Source: Gammaproteobacteria bacterium (GTDB lineage: Bacteria; Pseudomonadota; Gammaproteobacteria; Ga0077536). From it: a DNA stretch of 64,000 nt. Below the pieces are notes generated by a model. The model did no database searches. It was not told where the DNA came from and worked only from the letters and a program-made list of their open reading frames with translations. Numbering within the stretch: position 1 is the stretch's first letter; every line of letters begins with the position of its first letter. The position numbers and the translations under genes are program-made. Shown piece after piece: positions 22,545 to 33,534 of this stretch. The stretch spans positions 2,078 to 66,077 of the forward strand of contig JAURHQ010000003.1 of NCBI GenBank assembly GCA_030833185.1, given 5' to 3'.

Positions 22545-24616
22545 TGAACACAAGCGCCGACCTGCTGATCGAACTCGGTACCGAAGAACTACCGCCCAAG
22601 GCGCTCTCGACGCTCTCGCAGCACTTCACGCGCGAGGTGCTGGCCGGACTGGCAGAGGCCGGCTTCCAACACGGCGACTGTGCGCCATTTGCGACGCCCC
22701 GGCGCCTCGCGATGGTGATCAAAGACCTGCCTTTCAGCCAGCCCGACCAGCAGATAGAGCGGCGTGGCCCCGCACTCAGCGCCGCCTTCGACAAGCAAGG
22801 CGCGCCGACCGGTGCAGCGCTCGGTTTTGCGCGCTCCTGTGGCGTGGCCTTCGAAAATCTCGAGCGGCTGGAAACCGACAAGGGCGCATGGCTGGTGTTT
22901 CGATCGGAAGCGCGCGGACAGGCCACGGCGGCGCTGCTGCCCGAAATTCTGCAGCGCGCGCTGGCCGCCTTGCCCATTCCGAAGCGAATGCGCTGGGGCA
23001 GCGCAGATCACGAGTTTGTGCGCCCGGTCCACTGGCTGGTCCTGCTCCACGGCCACAGCGTCGTGCCCGCCAGCATTTACGGGGTTGAGAGCGGCGATAC
23101 GACCCGGGGCCACCGCTTCATGAGCGCAGAGCCGATCCGAATTACCGCTCCCGCCGACTATGCCGGGCAGTTGCTGGCCGAAGGCAAGGTGATAGCCGAC
23201 TTCGCTAGCCGCCGGTCACGCGTCGAAACGCTGGTGCGCGAGGCCGGAACTCACGCCGGTGGGCAGCCGCTGCTGGACCCCGCGCTGCTTGACGAAGTCA
23301 CCGCACTGGTCGAATGGCCGTGTGCCATCGTGGGCAGCTTCGATGCGCACTTTCTGGAGGTCCCGCGCGAGGCTCTGGTCGCGAGCATGCAAGGCCATCA
23401 AAAATACTTCCCGATTGAAGATGCCGATGGCCGTTTGCTGAACCAGTTCATCACGATCGCAAACATCGAAAGCCCCGATCCGGCGGCAATCCGTAACGGC
23501 AACGAGCGGGTGATCAGGCCGCGGCTTAGCGACGCCGCCTTCTTCTGGAACAAGGACCGTGCCCAGCGCCTTGATACGCGGCTCGCCCGCTTGGCCGACA
23601 TGGTCTTTGAGCGCCGCCTGGGCACCTTGCTCGAGAAAAGCGAACGCGTCGCGGCGCTGGCGGCAACGCTTGCCCCCGCATTCGCCGCCGATGAGTCGGT
23701 CGCCGCACGAAGCGGACTCCTGTCCCGCTGCGATCTGGTCAGCGAGATGGTGGGCGAGTTTCCCGAGCTACAGGGCATTATGGGCGCCTACTACGCAAGG
23801 CTTGACGGAGAACCCGCAGGCGTTGGCGAAGCGCTGGGCGAGTTCTACCAGCCTCGCTTTGCCGGCGATGCCATCCCGGCGTCGGCGGCTGGTCGCAGCG
23901 CGGCGCTGGCAGACAAACTGGATACGCTCACCGGCATCTTCGGCGTGGGTGGCGCCCCGACCGGCGATAAGGACCCTTACGCCTTGCGGCGGGCTGCGCT
24001 GGGCTGTCTGCGGATCTGCATTGAAAGCGACGCCGCAATCGACCTGCCGGCTGCACTCAAGCAGGCCTGCGCCGGTCACGGCGCGCGGATCGGCGACCAC
24101 ACTGCGGGTCAGGTTTTCGACTTCATGCTGGAGCGCGCACGCGGCTATTTCACCGAGCGCGGTTGCCGAGCCGACGTCATTGAATCGGTGCTGGTGACGC
24201 GCCCTGCCCAGCCCCGTGAGCTGGCGCGACGAATTGCGGCAGTCGAGGCTTTCCTGCTCCTGCCGGAAGCCATCGCGCTGGCCGCGGCCAACAAGCGCAT
24301 CGGGAATATCCTGCGCAAGGCGAGCGATTTCACGCCCGACAAGGTCGACCTTTCGGCGCTGCTCGAGCCAGCGGAACTGGCGCTGGCGCAGGAGCTGGCA
24401 GAAGCCTCACAGCAAACCGCGGCCTTCGCCGCCGCCGGCGAGTATCAGGCCTATCTGGGGCGACTCGCCCGGCTCCAGCCCGCGATCAATGCGTTCTTCG
24501 ATCAGGTCATGGTCATGGCAGAAGACCTGCCGTTGCGGAACGCGCGTTTGCAACTGCTCCACCAGTTGCAGGCGCTCTTTTTGCGGGTGGCCGACATTGG
24601 GCTCATCGCGAGTTGA
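22544..24616 (+). CDS. glyS: glycine--tRNA ligase beta
   Basis: 690 aa; TGATG overlap with glyQ; LLIELGTEELPPK N-terminus. Confidence 0.96.
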   Translation: MNTSADLLIELGTEELPPKALSTLSQHFTREVLAGLAEAGFQHGDCAPFATPRRLAMVIKDLPFSQPDQQIERRGPALSAAFDKQGAPTGAALGFARSCGVAFENLERLETDKGAWLVFRSEARGQATAALLPEILQRALAALPIPKRMRWGSADHEFVRPVHWLVLLHGHSVVPASIYGVESGDTTRGHRFMSAEPIRITAPADYAGQLLAEGKVIADFASRRSRVETLVREAGTHAGGQPLLDPALLDEVTALVEWPCAIVGSFDAHFLEVPREALVASMQGHQKYFPIEDADGRLLNQFITIANIESPDPAAIRNGNERVIRPRLSDAAFFWNKDRAQRLDTRLARLADMVFERRLGTLLEKSERVAALAATLAPAFAADESVAARSGLLSRCDLVSEMVGEFPELQGIMGAYYARLDGEPAGVGEALGEFYQPRFAGDAIPASAAGRSAALADKLDTLTGIFGVGGAPTGDKDPYALRRAALGCLRICIESDAAIDLPAALKQACAGHGARIGDHTAGQVFDFMLERARGYFTERGCRADVIESVLVTRPAQPRELARRIAAVEAFLLLPEAIALAAANKRIGNILRKASDFTPDKVDLSALLEPAELALAQELAEASQQTAAFAAAGEYQAYLGRLARLQPAINAFFDQVMVMAEDLPLRNARLQLLHQLQALFLRVADIGLIAS

Positions 24617-24624
24617 GCCCCGCC

Positions 24625-25155
24625 ATGCGCATTCTCATCGTTGACCGGGATGGCGTAATCAACGAAGAGTCCGCGGCGTTCATCAAGACTCCGGACGAAT
24701 GGCGGCCCCTGCCGGGCAGTATTGAAGCCCTTGCGGCAGCCAGCCAGATGGGTTTTCACGTCTTCGTCGTCTCCAATCAATCCGGCCTCGCACGCGGCCT
24801 CATCGAGGTCGGTCAGTTGCAGCGCATTCACAGCCGCCTGATCGCTGAGGTCCAACGGGCAGGCGGCCGGATCGACGCCATCCTCTATTGCCCCCACGGC
24901 CCCGACGACGGTTGTCGCTGCCGGAAGCCACGCCCGGGATTGCTCGAAAGCATCGCCTTGCGAACCGGCGCGCCGCTCAGCGAAGCGATCTTCGTGGGTG
25001 ACCGCTTGAGCGATCTGGAAGCCGCCCGCGCGGTCGGTGCGCGAGCGGTACTGGTAGAAACCGGCCACGGCCTGGAGACGCTGGCGCGACTACCGGCGCG
25101 GGAACGACTGAACGTCTATCCCGATCTGGCTGCAGTAGTCCGTCGGCTTAAATAG
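24625..25155 (+). CDS. gmhB: D,D-heptose 1,7-bisphosphate phosphatase
   Basis: HAD motif DRDGVIN and a Zn-loop region CPHGPDDGCRCRKPRPG. Start is ATG 24625 (alternative TTG 24613). Confidence 0.88.
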   Translation: MRILIVDRDGVINEESAAFIKTPDEWRPLPGSIEALAAASQMGFHVFVVSNQSGLARGLIEVGQLQRIHSRLIAEVQRAGGRIDAILYCPHGPDDGCRCRKPRPGLLESIALRTGAPLSEAIFVGDRLSDLEAARAVGARAVLVETGHGLETLARLPARERLNVYPDLAAVVRRLK

Positions 25156-25166
25156 GAAGTCCTGCG

Positions 25167-25898
25167 ATGTGGTTGAAGCTGCGCTCGGTGCTGTTTTATT
25201 TGGGTGTAATCCCGGTGACGATTTTCTTTGGGCTCGTCGGCATCCTGATCCTGCCGTTGCCGCGGCGTTGGCGCTATTTCGTGATCACACGCTGGTCGGT
25301 ATTTACCTTGTTCTGGCTGGCAGTTACCTGCGGCCTGCGCTGGCGGGTGCGCTACGAGCAGCCCCTGCCGGCGACGCCCTGCGTCATTCTCTGTAAACAC
25401 CAGTCGGCCTGGGAAACCATCACCTTGCAAATGATCTTCCCGCCGCAGTCGCAGGTGCTGAAAAAGGAGCTGCTACATCTGCCCTTTTTTGGCTGGGGCT
25501 TGGCCAGCCTCAACCCGATTGCGATCGATCGGAAGGCCGGCGCACGCGCGCTGCGCCACCTCTTAAGCGCCGGCAAGGCGCGTTTGCAACAAGGGTGGTG
25601 GGTGCTGATTTTCCCCGAAGGTACGCGAGTGCCCCCCGGCCAGCGCGGGCGCTATTCTTCTGGCGGCGCCGCGTTAGCCCTGCAGGCGAAGTGTCCGGTC
25701 GTCCCGGTTGCACACAACGCGGGGGTGTTTTGGCCGCGCAACGCCATGCGCAAGGAACCGGGCACGATTGATGTGGTGGTCGGCGCGCCGATCGCGACCG
25801 ACGGTCGCTCAGCAGCAGAAATCTCTGCTGAAGTCGAAGCCTGGATCGAAGCGCGCTGCGCAGAACTCCCGGCCGCGCCGCAGAGCCGCGCGCCTTAG
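25167..25898 (+). CDS. plsC: 1-acyl-sn-glycerol-3-phosphate acyltransferase
   Basis: KHQSAWET and FPEGTR acyltransferase blocks. The glyQS-gmhB-plsC order matches Pseudomonas. Confidence 0.88.
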   Translation: MWLKLRSVLFYLGVIPVTIFFGLVGILILPLPRRWRYFVITRWSVFTLFWLAVTCGLRWRVRYEQPLPATPCVILCKHQSAWETITLQMIFPPQSQVLKKELLHLPFFGWGLASLNPIAIDRKAGARALRHLLSAGKARLQQGWWVLIFPEGTRVPPGQRGRYSSGGAALALQAKCPVVPVAHNAGVFWPRNAMRKEPGTIDVVVGAPIATDGRSAAEISAEVEAWIEARCAELPAAPQSRAP

Positions 25899-25914
25899 CC
25901 CTTTCACGCGATAA

Positions 25915-26961
<1,047 letters not shown>

Positions 26962-26968
26962 CCGGCGC

Positions 26969-28393
26969 TCAGACGTCCATATCCAGTTCTTTGATCTTGC
27001 GGGTCAGGGTGTTGCGCCCCCAGCCCAGCAAGCGGGCGGCGTCGTGTCGCCTGCCTTGAGTCCGCGCCAGCGCAACGTTAATCATCAACCGCTCAAACCG
27101 CGGCACCGCCTCATCGAGGATCGGGACGGGCGATGAGTTGGCATGGTTGTCCGCCCAGCGTCTGAGCGCGACTTCCCAATCGGCCCCGCTGCGGTCGCCT
27201 CCGGCTAAATCGGCCGGTGCTTCCGCCGTCAGTTCCTTGGGCAAATCGTGCAGTTCGATGGTTTGCGACGGCGCCATGATGGTGACCCGACGGCACACAT
27301 TTTCGAGCTGGCGGACGTTGCCGGGCCATGCAAAGGCACGGAAAGCATCGAGCGCGCGCGGCGAAAGGCGCTTGGGCTCGACATCCAGTTCCTGCGCCGT
27401 CACGCGCAGAAAATGCTCGGCGAGTTCAGGGATGTCTTCGACGCGGTCGCGCAAGGGCGGCAACTGGAGCCGAATCACGTTGAGACGATGGAACAGATCT
27501 TCCCGGAAAACGCCCTCACGGACCCGACGTTCCAGATCCTGATGGGTGGCCGCAATCACCCGCACATCAACGTGGACCGGATGGTGGCCACCCACGCGGT
27601 AGAAATCACCGTCCGCGAGCACACGTAACAGCCGGGTCTGGAGCTCCGCCGGCATATCGCCGATTTCATCGAGAAACAGCGTGCCGCCGTCCGCCTGTTC
27701 GAAACGCCCGACGCGTTGTCCGGTCGCACCGGTGAACGAGCCACGCTCGTGGCCGAACAGTTCCGATTCCAACAGTTCGCGCGGGATTGCGGCGGTATTA
27801 AGCGCGATGAAGGGTTTGTTGGCGCGCGGCGAATGACGATGGAGCGCGCGCGCGATGAGTTCTTTGCCTGATCCCGACTCGCCGGTCAGCAAGACCGTCA
27901 TATTTGATTTCGATAAACGCCCAATGGCCCGGAAGACCTCCTGCATCGCCGGGGCGCCGCCAATCAAATTGGTCGACACGCGCGTCGAATCATCGGCGAC
28001 CGGTGCAGGAGTGGTGTCATCCGAGATCTTGGCCAGCGCACGGTGCACGATGGCGACCGCTTCGTCGACGTCGAAGGGCTTGGGTAAATACTCGAAGGCG
28101 CCGCCCTGAAATGCCGCCACTGCCCGGTCGAGGTCGGCATAAGCAGTCATGACGATCACGGGCATCTGCGGATAGGTGGCGTGCACCTGTTCGAGCAGCG
28201 CCAGACCGTCAGTTCCCGGCATGCGGATGTCGGTAATGATGACGGCGGGCCTTTCCCGCTTGAGTCGGGCCAGCGCCTTGTCAGCGGTCTCAAAGCTGTG
28301 GGTGGTCAGTTTGGCCTGGGCCAGAGCTTTCTCCAGGACCCAGCGAATCGAGCGATCATCATCAATCACCCAGATTTCGGGGACTGCGTTCAT
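26969..28393 (-). CDS. ntrC: sigma54-dependent nitrogen response regulator NtrC
   Basis: Receiver (IITDIRMPG), AAA+ Walker A GESGSGKE, sigma54-contact loop GSFTGA, and a C-terminal Fis-type HTH. Confidence 0.95.
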   Translation of the reverse strand: MNAVPEIWVIDDDRSIRWVLEKALAQAKLTTHSFETADKALARLKRERPAVIITDIRMPGTDGLALLEQVHATYPQMPVIVMTAYADLDRAVAAFQGGAFEYLPKPFDVDEAVAIVHRALAKISDDTTPAPVADDSTRVSTNLIGGAPAMQEVFRAIGRLSKSNMTVLLTGESGSGKELIARALHRHSPRANKPFIALNTAAIPRELLESELFGHERGSFTGATGQRVGRFEQADGGTLFLDEIGDMPAELQTRLLRVLADGDFYRVGGHHPVHVDVRVIAATHQDLERRVREGVFREDLFHRLNVIRLQLPPLRDRVEDIPELAEHFLRVTAQELDVEPKRLSPRALDAFRAFAWPGNVRQLENVCRRVTIMAPSQTIELHDLPKELTAEAPADLAGGDRSGADWEVALRRWADNHANSSPVPILDEAVPRFERLMINVALARTQGRRHDAARLLGWGRNTLTRKIKELDMDV

Positions 28394-29481
28394 GGCGTGT
28401 TCCTTATCGGTAGCCAGACGGTGAAAACGGTGTCGCCGGGGACGCTGCTGAAGTCGATCAGTCCCCCGTGCCGGTTAATCAAGGACTGGGCGATCGGCAG
28501 ACCAAGCCCTGACCCTTCGGCACGACCCGAAACCATAGGAAAAAAAATGCTGTCTGCGATGTCGCTGGCGACCCCGGGCCCATCGTCAATAATTTCCAGG
28601 CGCAGCACGAGACGATGCAGGGTCGAGCCAATGGTGAATTTTCGCTGTGCCCGGCTTCTGATGGTTACGTTGCCGCGCCGTGGTTTAACCGCCTGCACGG
28701 CGTTGCGGACAAGGTTGAGAAAGGCCTGAACCAGCAGGTCGCGATCGGCCACCACATCCGGCAAGCTAGGGTCGTAGTCACGATGAATGGTGACCTCCGG
28801 CGAGGCTTCAATAGCGACTACGTGCCGCACATGCTCCAGTACCTCGTGGATGTTGAAGCTGCTCGGCGTCAACTGTCCACGCGGCCCGAGCATGCGGTCA
28901 ACGAGCTTCCGCAGGCGGTCAGCCTCACCAATGATGATCTGGGTGTATTCGTGGTGCTGCGGATCGCTCAGTTCACGCTCCAGCAGTTGCGCAGCCCCGC
29001 GAATGCCGCCCAGAGGGTTTTTCACTTCGTGGGCCAGTCCGCGCATGAGGGCGGTGCTGATCTGGTTCTGGAGCAGTTTGTTTTCTTCCGCCTGAATCCG
29101 CTGTTGCCGTTCGGTGCTGGCGACTTCCAGCACCAGCGTCGGCGTACCGCCAGCCGTGGTGAGGCAAGGTGACACCGTGCAATCAACGCGCAAGGTCTCC
29201 AGATTGGGGCGGCTGAGCAACAGGTCGCGTTCTGTAAATGAGCGCATGGAGGATGCGGCCGCGCGCACGGAAGCGACGAATTTGTCGCTGTGGGTAAACA
29301 GCCGGCTGAGCGGCAAGCCGCGGAGTTTGGACACGCTGGTCGCGGTGAGGCTTTCGGCCGCCGAATTGGCTTCGAGAACGTGCAGGGCCGTATCCAGTTG
29401 AATCACTGCAGTCGCGAGCTGATTCAGGACAGTGCGGGCATCGTGCTCTGTAAACATGCGTTCTCGGAGAGTCATGCTCAA
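28390..29481 (-). CDS. ntrB: nitrogen regulation sensor kinase NtrB
   Basis: PAS N-terminus, H-box LAHEVKNPLGG, and an ATPase domain. The track start is TTG 29481; ATG 29475 is equally plausible. Confidence 0.93.
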   Translation of the reverse strand: MSMTLRERMFTEHDARTVLNQLATAVIQLDTALHVLEANSAAESLTATSVSKLRGLPLSRLFTHSDKFVASVRAAASSMRSFTERDLLLSRPNLETLRVDCTVSPCLTTAGGTPTLVLEVASTERQQRIQAEENKLLQNQISTALMRGLAHEVKNPLGGIRGAAQLLERELSDPQHHEYTQIIIGEADRLRKLVDRMLGPRGQLTPSSFNIHEVLEHVRHVVAIEASPEVTIHRDYDPSLPDVVADRDLLVQAFLNLVRNAVQAVKPRRGNVTIRSRAQRKFTIGSTLHRLVLRLEIIDDGPGVASDIADSIFFPMVSGRAEGSGLGLPIAQSLINRHGGLIDFSSVPGDTVFTVWLPIRNTP

Positions 29482-29621
29482 TTAAGGTGCGTTTTGGCGG
29501 CAACCACCTTGTCGCCTGTTTCTGTCGTCGGTTTGCTAAAAGTGCGTTATCACAAGGCGTTTTCTTCACCTTTGTGGTCATTTCAGCCCCCCGGAACTCC
29601 GGTTGGTGCGCGCTTAACAAA

Positions 29622-29637
29622 CGCAAGAATTAGACCA
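29622..29637 (-). promoter_or_regulatory. candidate sigma54 promoter upstream of ntrB
   Basis: Minus strand reads TGGTCTAATTCTTGCG. GG and TTGC sit at the correct -24/-12 spacing, but the -24 flank is weak. Confidence 0.3.
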
Positions 29638-29648
29638 ATGACCGAACC

Positions 29649-30221
29649 TCAACCGGCGGGCTTGGGTTTAGCGCCCGGCGGGATTTTGGCGGGCTTGATG
29701 TTGTGCCGCCGCAAATAAAATTGGGAGACCGGCGAGGCGAGCAATTGACTGCCATCGCTCGCCGAGACTGTCGCCTGTAATTGATGGGTACCGGGCGGTA
29801 CCTCGGTCAGGATGTAACTGGTCTGCCCATCCGCTGACGGCTGTTGATTGCCATCGAGCGACAGGCTGAGTGTATGACCAAGCGCCACCTGGAGCGGGGG
29901 AATGAGCAGCACCTGAACCGCAACGGTACCATCATTGGCATGCACGGTCGCTTCGTCTGCGGGCGCCAGTACCTGAAGTTGCGTATAGGCTGCCGCCGGG
30001 TGCAGTTTGCGCGCTGTGCGCGCTGGCGACGACTCCGGAGCCGGCGTCGGCTCAACAGGGGTCGGGATTACGATCGGCTCGCTCAGGATGACGCGTTCGG
30101 CGGCCGGATCAGGCTGGTCGGAAAATTCCACGCCCTCACCCCGGTCTGGTCGCCGATAGATGTCGGCAGCCAACGCCTGAGCGGCGATGAGCACGACTAC
30201 CAGAAAAACCGTGTGGCGCAT
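29649..30221 (-). CDS. exported DUF4124-domain protein
   Basis: Signal peptide MRHTVFLVVVLIAAQALA followed by DIYRRPDRGEGVEFSDQPDP, the DUF4124 signature. Start is ATG 30221, or GTG 30239. The track start at 30293 lies inside the glnA terminator. Confidence 0.7.
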   Translation of the reverse strand: MRHTVFLVVVLIAAQALAADIYRRPDRGEGVEFSDQPDPAAERVILSEPIVIPTPVEPTPAPESSPARTARKLHPAAAYTQLQVLAPADEATVHANDGTVAVQVLLIPPLQVALGHTLSLSLDGNQQPSADGQTSYILTEVPPGTHQLQATVSASDGSQLLASPVSQFYLRRHNIKPAKIPPGAKPKPAG

Positions 30222-30275
30222 GTGCCGAGCGTAGGCCACCGTCCTGTGGCCAGCAAGCGGCACTCGTCGGCGCCC

Positions 30276-30306
30276 AAAAAAGAACCCCCGCACGGGGCGG
30301 GGGCTC
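30276..30306 (-). terminator. rho-independent terminator of glnA
   Basis: Minus strand reads GAGCCCCCGC-CCCGT-GCGGGGGTTC followed by TTTTTT, starting 22 nt after the glnA stop. Confidence 0.8.
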
Positions 30307-30327
30307 CAGTCTTCGAGGTCGGAGACC

Positions 30328-31737
30328 TTAGACGCTGTAGTACATCTCGAACTCGAGCGGGTGCGGGGTCATCCGGAAACGGGTGACTTCCTGCATCTTC
30401 AGTTCGATGTAGGCATCGATCATGTCGTCGGTGAACACGCCGCCCGCCTTCAGGAACTCGCGATCCTTGTCGAGGCAATCCAACGCCTGCTCCAGCGAGG
30501 AGCAGACGGTTGGGATGTGCGCGGCCTCTTCGGCTTCAAGGTCGTACAAATCCTTGTCAGCCGGCGCGCCCGGGTCGATCTTGTTTTTGATGCCGTCGAG
30601 GCCCGCCATCATCATCGAGGTGAAGGCGAGATACGGATTCGAGGTCGAATCCGGGAAGCGCACTTCAATGCGGCGGCCCTTCGGGCTGGAAACCCACGGG
30701 ATCCGAATCGACGCAGAACGATTGCGGGCCGAGTAGGCCAGCATGGTCGGCGCTTCGAAACCCGGCACCAGTCGCTTGTAGCTGTTGGTGCTGGCGTTGG
30801 TGAAGGCATTCAGCGCGCGGGCGTGCTTGATGATGCCCCCGATGTAGTGGAGCGCCGTTTCCGACAGACCGCCGTAACCGTCGCCCGCAAACAGGTTCAC
30901 ACCGCCCTTGGAAAGGGACTGGTGAACGTGCATGCCATTGCCGTTGTCACCGACCAGCGGTTTCGGCATGAAGGTCGCGGTCTTGCCGAAGCTGTGCGCC
31001 ACGTTGTGGACCACATACTTCAGGATTTGCAGGGAGTCGGCCCGCTTGACCAGCGTGTCAAAGCGCGTTCCGATTTCGCACTGGCCAGCAGTCGCCACTT
31101 CGTGGTGATGCACTTCGACGGGCAAGCCCATCTGTTCCAGCACGTTACACATGGCGGAGCGCAGGTCCTGCAGCGAATCAACCGGCGGGACCGGGAAGTA
31201 GCCGCCCTTGATCCCGGGGCGATGGCCGGAGTTGCCGCCTTCCATCTTTTTGGCGGAGCTCCAGTAGCCTTCGTCGGAATCAATTTTGTAGAAACCACCG
31301 CGCATTTCCTGCGCGTAGCGGACGTCGTCGAAGACGAAGAATTCTGGTTCGGGGCCGAAGAACGCCGTATCGGCGATACCAGAAGATTTCAGATAAGCCT
31401 CTGCGCGTTTGGCAACCGAGCGCGGGTCGCGCTCGTAACCCTGACCGGTCGACGGCTCGATGATGTCGCAACGAATGATCATCGTCTTGTCGTCGAAGAA
31501 CGGGTCAAGCACGGCGGTCGATGCGTCGGGCATCAGGATCATGTCGGACTCCTGAATCCCCTTCCACCCGGCGATCGAGGAACCGTCGAACATTTTCCCG
31601 TCTTCGAAGGTTTCCGCTTCAACCTGATGGTAGGGCACAGTGACATGCTGCTCTTTGCCGCGCGTGTCGGTGAACCGGAAGTCGACGTATTTGACGTCTT
31701 CGTCCTTGATTGTCTTGAGAATGTTGTCTACGGACAT
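30328..31737 (-). CDS. glnA: glutamine synthetase type I
   Basis: 469 aa; [19 protein letters not shown]; adenylylation-site context [10 protein letters not shown]. Confidence 0.97.
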   Translation of the reverse strand: MSVDNILKTIKDEDVKYVDFRFTDTRGKEQHVTVPYHQVEAETFEDGKMFDGSSIAGWKGIQESDMILMPDASTAVLDPFFDDKTMIIRCDIIEPSTGQGYERDPRSVAKRAEAYLKSSGIADTAFFGPEPEFFVFDDVRYAQEMRGGFYKIDSDEGYWSSAKKMEGGNSGHRPGIKGGYFPVPPVDSLQDLRSAMCNVLEQMGLPVEVHHHEVATAGQCEIGTRFDTLVKRADSLQILKYVVHNVAHSFGKTATFMPKPLVGDNGNGMHVHQSLSKGGVNLFAGDGYGGLSETALHYIGGIIKHARALNAFTNASTNSYKRLVPGFEAPTMLAYSARNRSASIRIPWVSSPKGRRIEVRFPDSTSNPYLAFTSMMMAGLDGIKNKIDPGAPADKDLYDLEAEEAAHIPTVCSSLEQALDCLDKDREFLKAGGVFTDDMIDAYIELKMQEVTRFRMTPHPLEFEMYYSV

Positions 31738-31900
31738 GATTTCCTCCAGGCCATGGCTTTCTGCTGTTCGGCCCCTGCTAGTGGTAAAGCGCGTGCACTC
31801 AGGGCTAGTTCATGCACACAACGGTGTCGCTACTTTGAGAGCGGCGTTTCTTGGCGAGCGGCCAGAGTGACTGCCGATCAGCGGACGGTCCACCCTGATC

Positions 31901-31916
31901 AGCACAAGCTGTGCCA
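31901..31916 (-). promoter_or_regulatory. sigma54 promoter of glnA
   Basis: Minus strand reads TGGCACAGCTTGTGCT, against consensus TGGCAC-N5-TTGCW. GG and GC have correct spacing. It lies about 165-180 nt upstream of the glnA ATG. Confidence 0.7.
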
Positions 31917-31967
31917 CAACTAACTGCATGATCCCGAAAGAGGCACGCCGCTGGCAATGCCCAATCG

Positions 31968-31984
31968 TGTATTTTTTTGGTGCG
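31968..31984 (-). promoter_or_regulatory. candidate NtrC enhancer site (proximal)
   Basis: Minus strand reads CGCACCAAAAAAATACA. The left half (GCACCA) is strong and the right half is weak. Confidence 0.4.
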
Positions 31985-31998
31985 ATCTAGAGATTTAA

Positions 31999-32015
31999 TG
32001 CACTTTTACTGTGCT
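31999..32015 (-). promoter_or_regulatory. candidate NtrC enhancer site (distal)
   Basis: Minus strand reads AGCACAGTAAAAGTGCA, a GCAC-N7-GTGC dyad like TGCACCA-N3-TGGTGCA. Its centre is 31 bp from the proximal site. It overlaps the lysA stop codon. Confidence 0.5.
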
Positions 32016-33274
32016 TTCGGCAAAAGCCGTTCGCTTGCGTAGAGATCCTGCAGGTCCTCCCGCGGCCGGACCAGATGCATCGCCGCACCGTCAACCATGA
32101 TCTCCGGCGGGCGTGGTCGCGCGTTGTAGTTAGAGGCCATCACCTGCCCATAGGCTCCGGCGCTCATGATGGCGATAAGGCTCTCCTCCCGTAGACGCAG
32201 CTTGCGCCCGGAGGCAAGAAAGTCTGCGCTTTCGCAGACCGGTCCGACCAAATCGTAGTCCAGCTCGGGCTCAGCGGCGGCGTCTGTACCCACCGCTTGC
32301 ACCTCGTGCCAAGCCTCGTACAGGGCGGGCCTGATCAGTTCGGTCATGGCAGCGTCGCAGATTGCAAACCGCCGGGTGGGTGTCTCCTTAAGGTATTCAA
32401 CCCGGCTCAGCAGCACGCCGGCGGACCCGCAAATCGAGCGCCCCGGCTCGATGCAAATTTCGTAGGGCTCGGGGATAGCCTTGCACAGCACCGCCACATA
32501 GTCCTCGATTGCCGGCGGATCTTCCTCGCGATAACGGATGCCGAGTCCACCACCGGCGTCCACGTGCTCGATTTCAATACCTGCTGCCTTCAGTTCCTGC
32601 ACCAGCGCCATCACCCGCGCCATGGCGTCGGCGAAGGGGGTCAGGTCGGTGAGTTGCGAACCGATGTGGCAGGCAACGCCGATGATGTGCAAATTGGGCA
32701 GCGCGGCGGCCCGACGGTAGAGCGCAAGGGCCTCGGTCATCGGCACGCCAAACTTGTTTTCGTTGAGTCCGGTGGAGATGTAGGGATGGGTCTTGGCGTC
32801 GACGTCGGGATTGACCCTAATCGCGATACGGGCCCGCCGGCCGCTCTCGCCCGCAATCCTGTTCAGGCGTTCCATTTCGGACGCCGATTCAAGATTGAAT
32901 ACCCCGATGTCTGCCGCGAGTGCCGCCCGCATTTCGGCAGCCGATTTGCCGACCCCGGAGAACACCACCTTGGCCGGCTCGCCACCCGCAGCAACGACGC
33001 GTGCCAATTCGCCACCCGAGACGATATCGAAACCGGATCCCAAACGCGCCAGCGTATCGAGCACCGCCAGATTGCCGTTGGCCTTCACTGCGTAGTGCAC
33101 ACGATGACGGCGCGCGCCAAACGCCCGGTCATAACGCCGCCAAACCGACTCAAGCGCCGCGCGGGAGTAGACGTAGCAGGGCGTATCGAAGCGCTCGGCT
33201 ACCGCGCTGAGCGCCACGTCCTCCATCCAGAGTTCACCGTTATGGCGCCGAAAAATATCTGCACTCACCGTCAT
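32006..33274 (-). CDS. lysA: diaminopimelate decarboxylase
   Basis: Start moved to ATG 33274 (MTVSADIF...). PLP-lysine context HYAVKAN. Confidence 0.95.
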   Translation of the reverse strand: MTVSADIFRRHNGELWMEDVALSAVAERFDTPCYVYSRAALESVWRRYDRAFGARRHRVHYAVKANGNLAVLDTLARLGSGFDIVSGGELARVVAAGGEPAKVVFSGVGKSAAEMRAALAADIGVFNLESASEMERLNRIAGESGRRARIAIRVNPDVDAKTHPYISTGLNENKFGVPMTEALALYRRAAALPNLHIIGVACHIGSQLTDLTPFADAMARVMALVQELKAAGIEIEHVDAGGGLGIRYREEDPPAIEDYVAVLCKAIPEPYEICIEPGRSICGSAGVLLSRVEYLKETPTRRFAICDAAMTELIRPALYEAWHEVQAVGTDAAAEPELDYDLVGPVCESADFLASGRKLRLREESLIAIMSAGAYGQVMASNYNARPRPPEIMVDGAAMHLVRPREDLQDLYASERLLPKAQ

Positions 33275-33317
33275 GGCTATGGTTTTTCTCTCTAAGCGTT
33301 GTAGTGGTCGGCAGGAC

Positions 33318-33440
33318 TCAGGGACGTGCCTGTTCAGGCTTCTCATCGGGAAGGTAAAGGTCGCCTTTCTGGCCGCAAGCGCTCACGCTGACCACCAACA
33401 ACAAGAGCACGGCACCGGCCAGCAGCCGCCCCGAGCGCAT
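33318..33440 (-). CDS. lptM: small lipoprotein LptM/YifL family
   Basis: Internal start of track ORF 33318..33602. [36 protein letters not shown] has a lipobox plus the CGQKG-LYLP signature. It lies just upstream of lysA. Confidence 0.7.
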   Translation of the reverse strand: MRSGRLLAGAVLLLLVVSVSACGQKGDLYLPDEKPEQARP

Positions 33441-33534
33441 TCCCGCGCCACTGGTAGCGTCCTGTGCCTGCTTGCTTTCCCGGCGAGCTTCGTTCAACAA
33501 TTCGGACGAGTTTACAGTGGAGAAGCGTTGGTTC

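Noticed and set aside
30227-30242. sigma54-like TGGCCTACGCTCGGCA just upstream of the DUF4124 ATG
   Set aside because: The GG/GC spacing is right, but the element ends 5 nt before the ATG. Any transcript would therefore start inside the coding sequence.
30222-30293. Longer start for the DUF4124 ORF (GTG 30293)
   Set aside because: That codon lies inside the stem of the glnA terminator. The extra residues (MRGFFFGRRR...) precede the real signal peptide.
30361-31923. 520-aa ORF on the plus strand
   Set aside because: It is antisense to glnA and has the same shadow-frame composition. It would also run through the glnA promoter.
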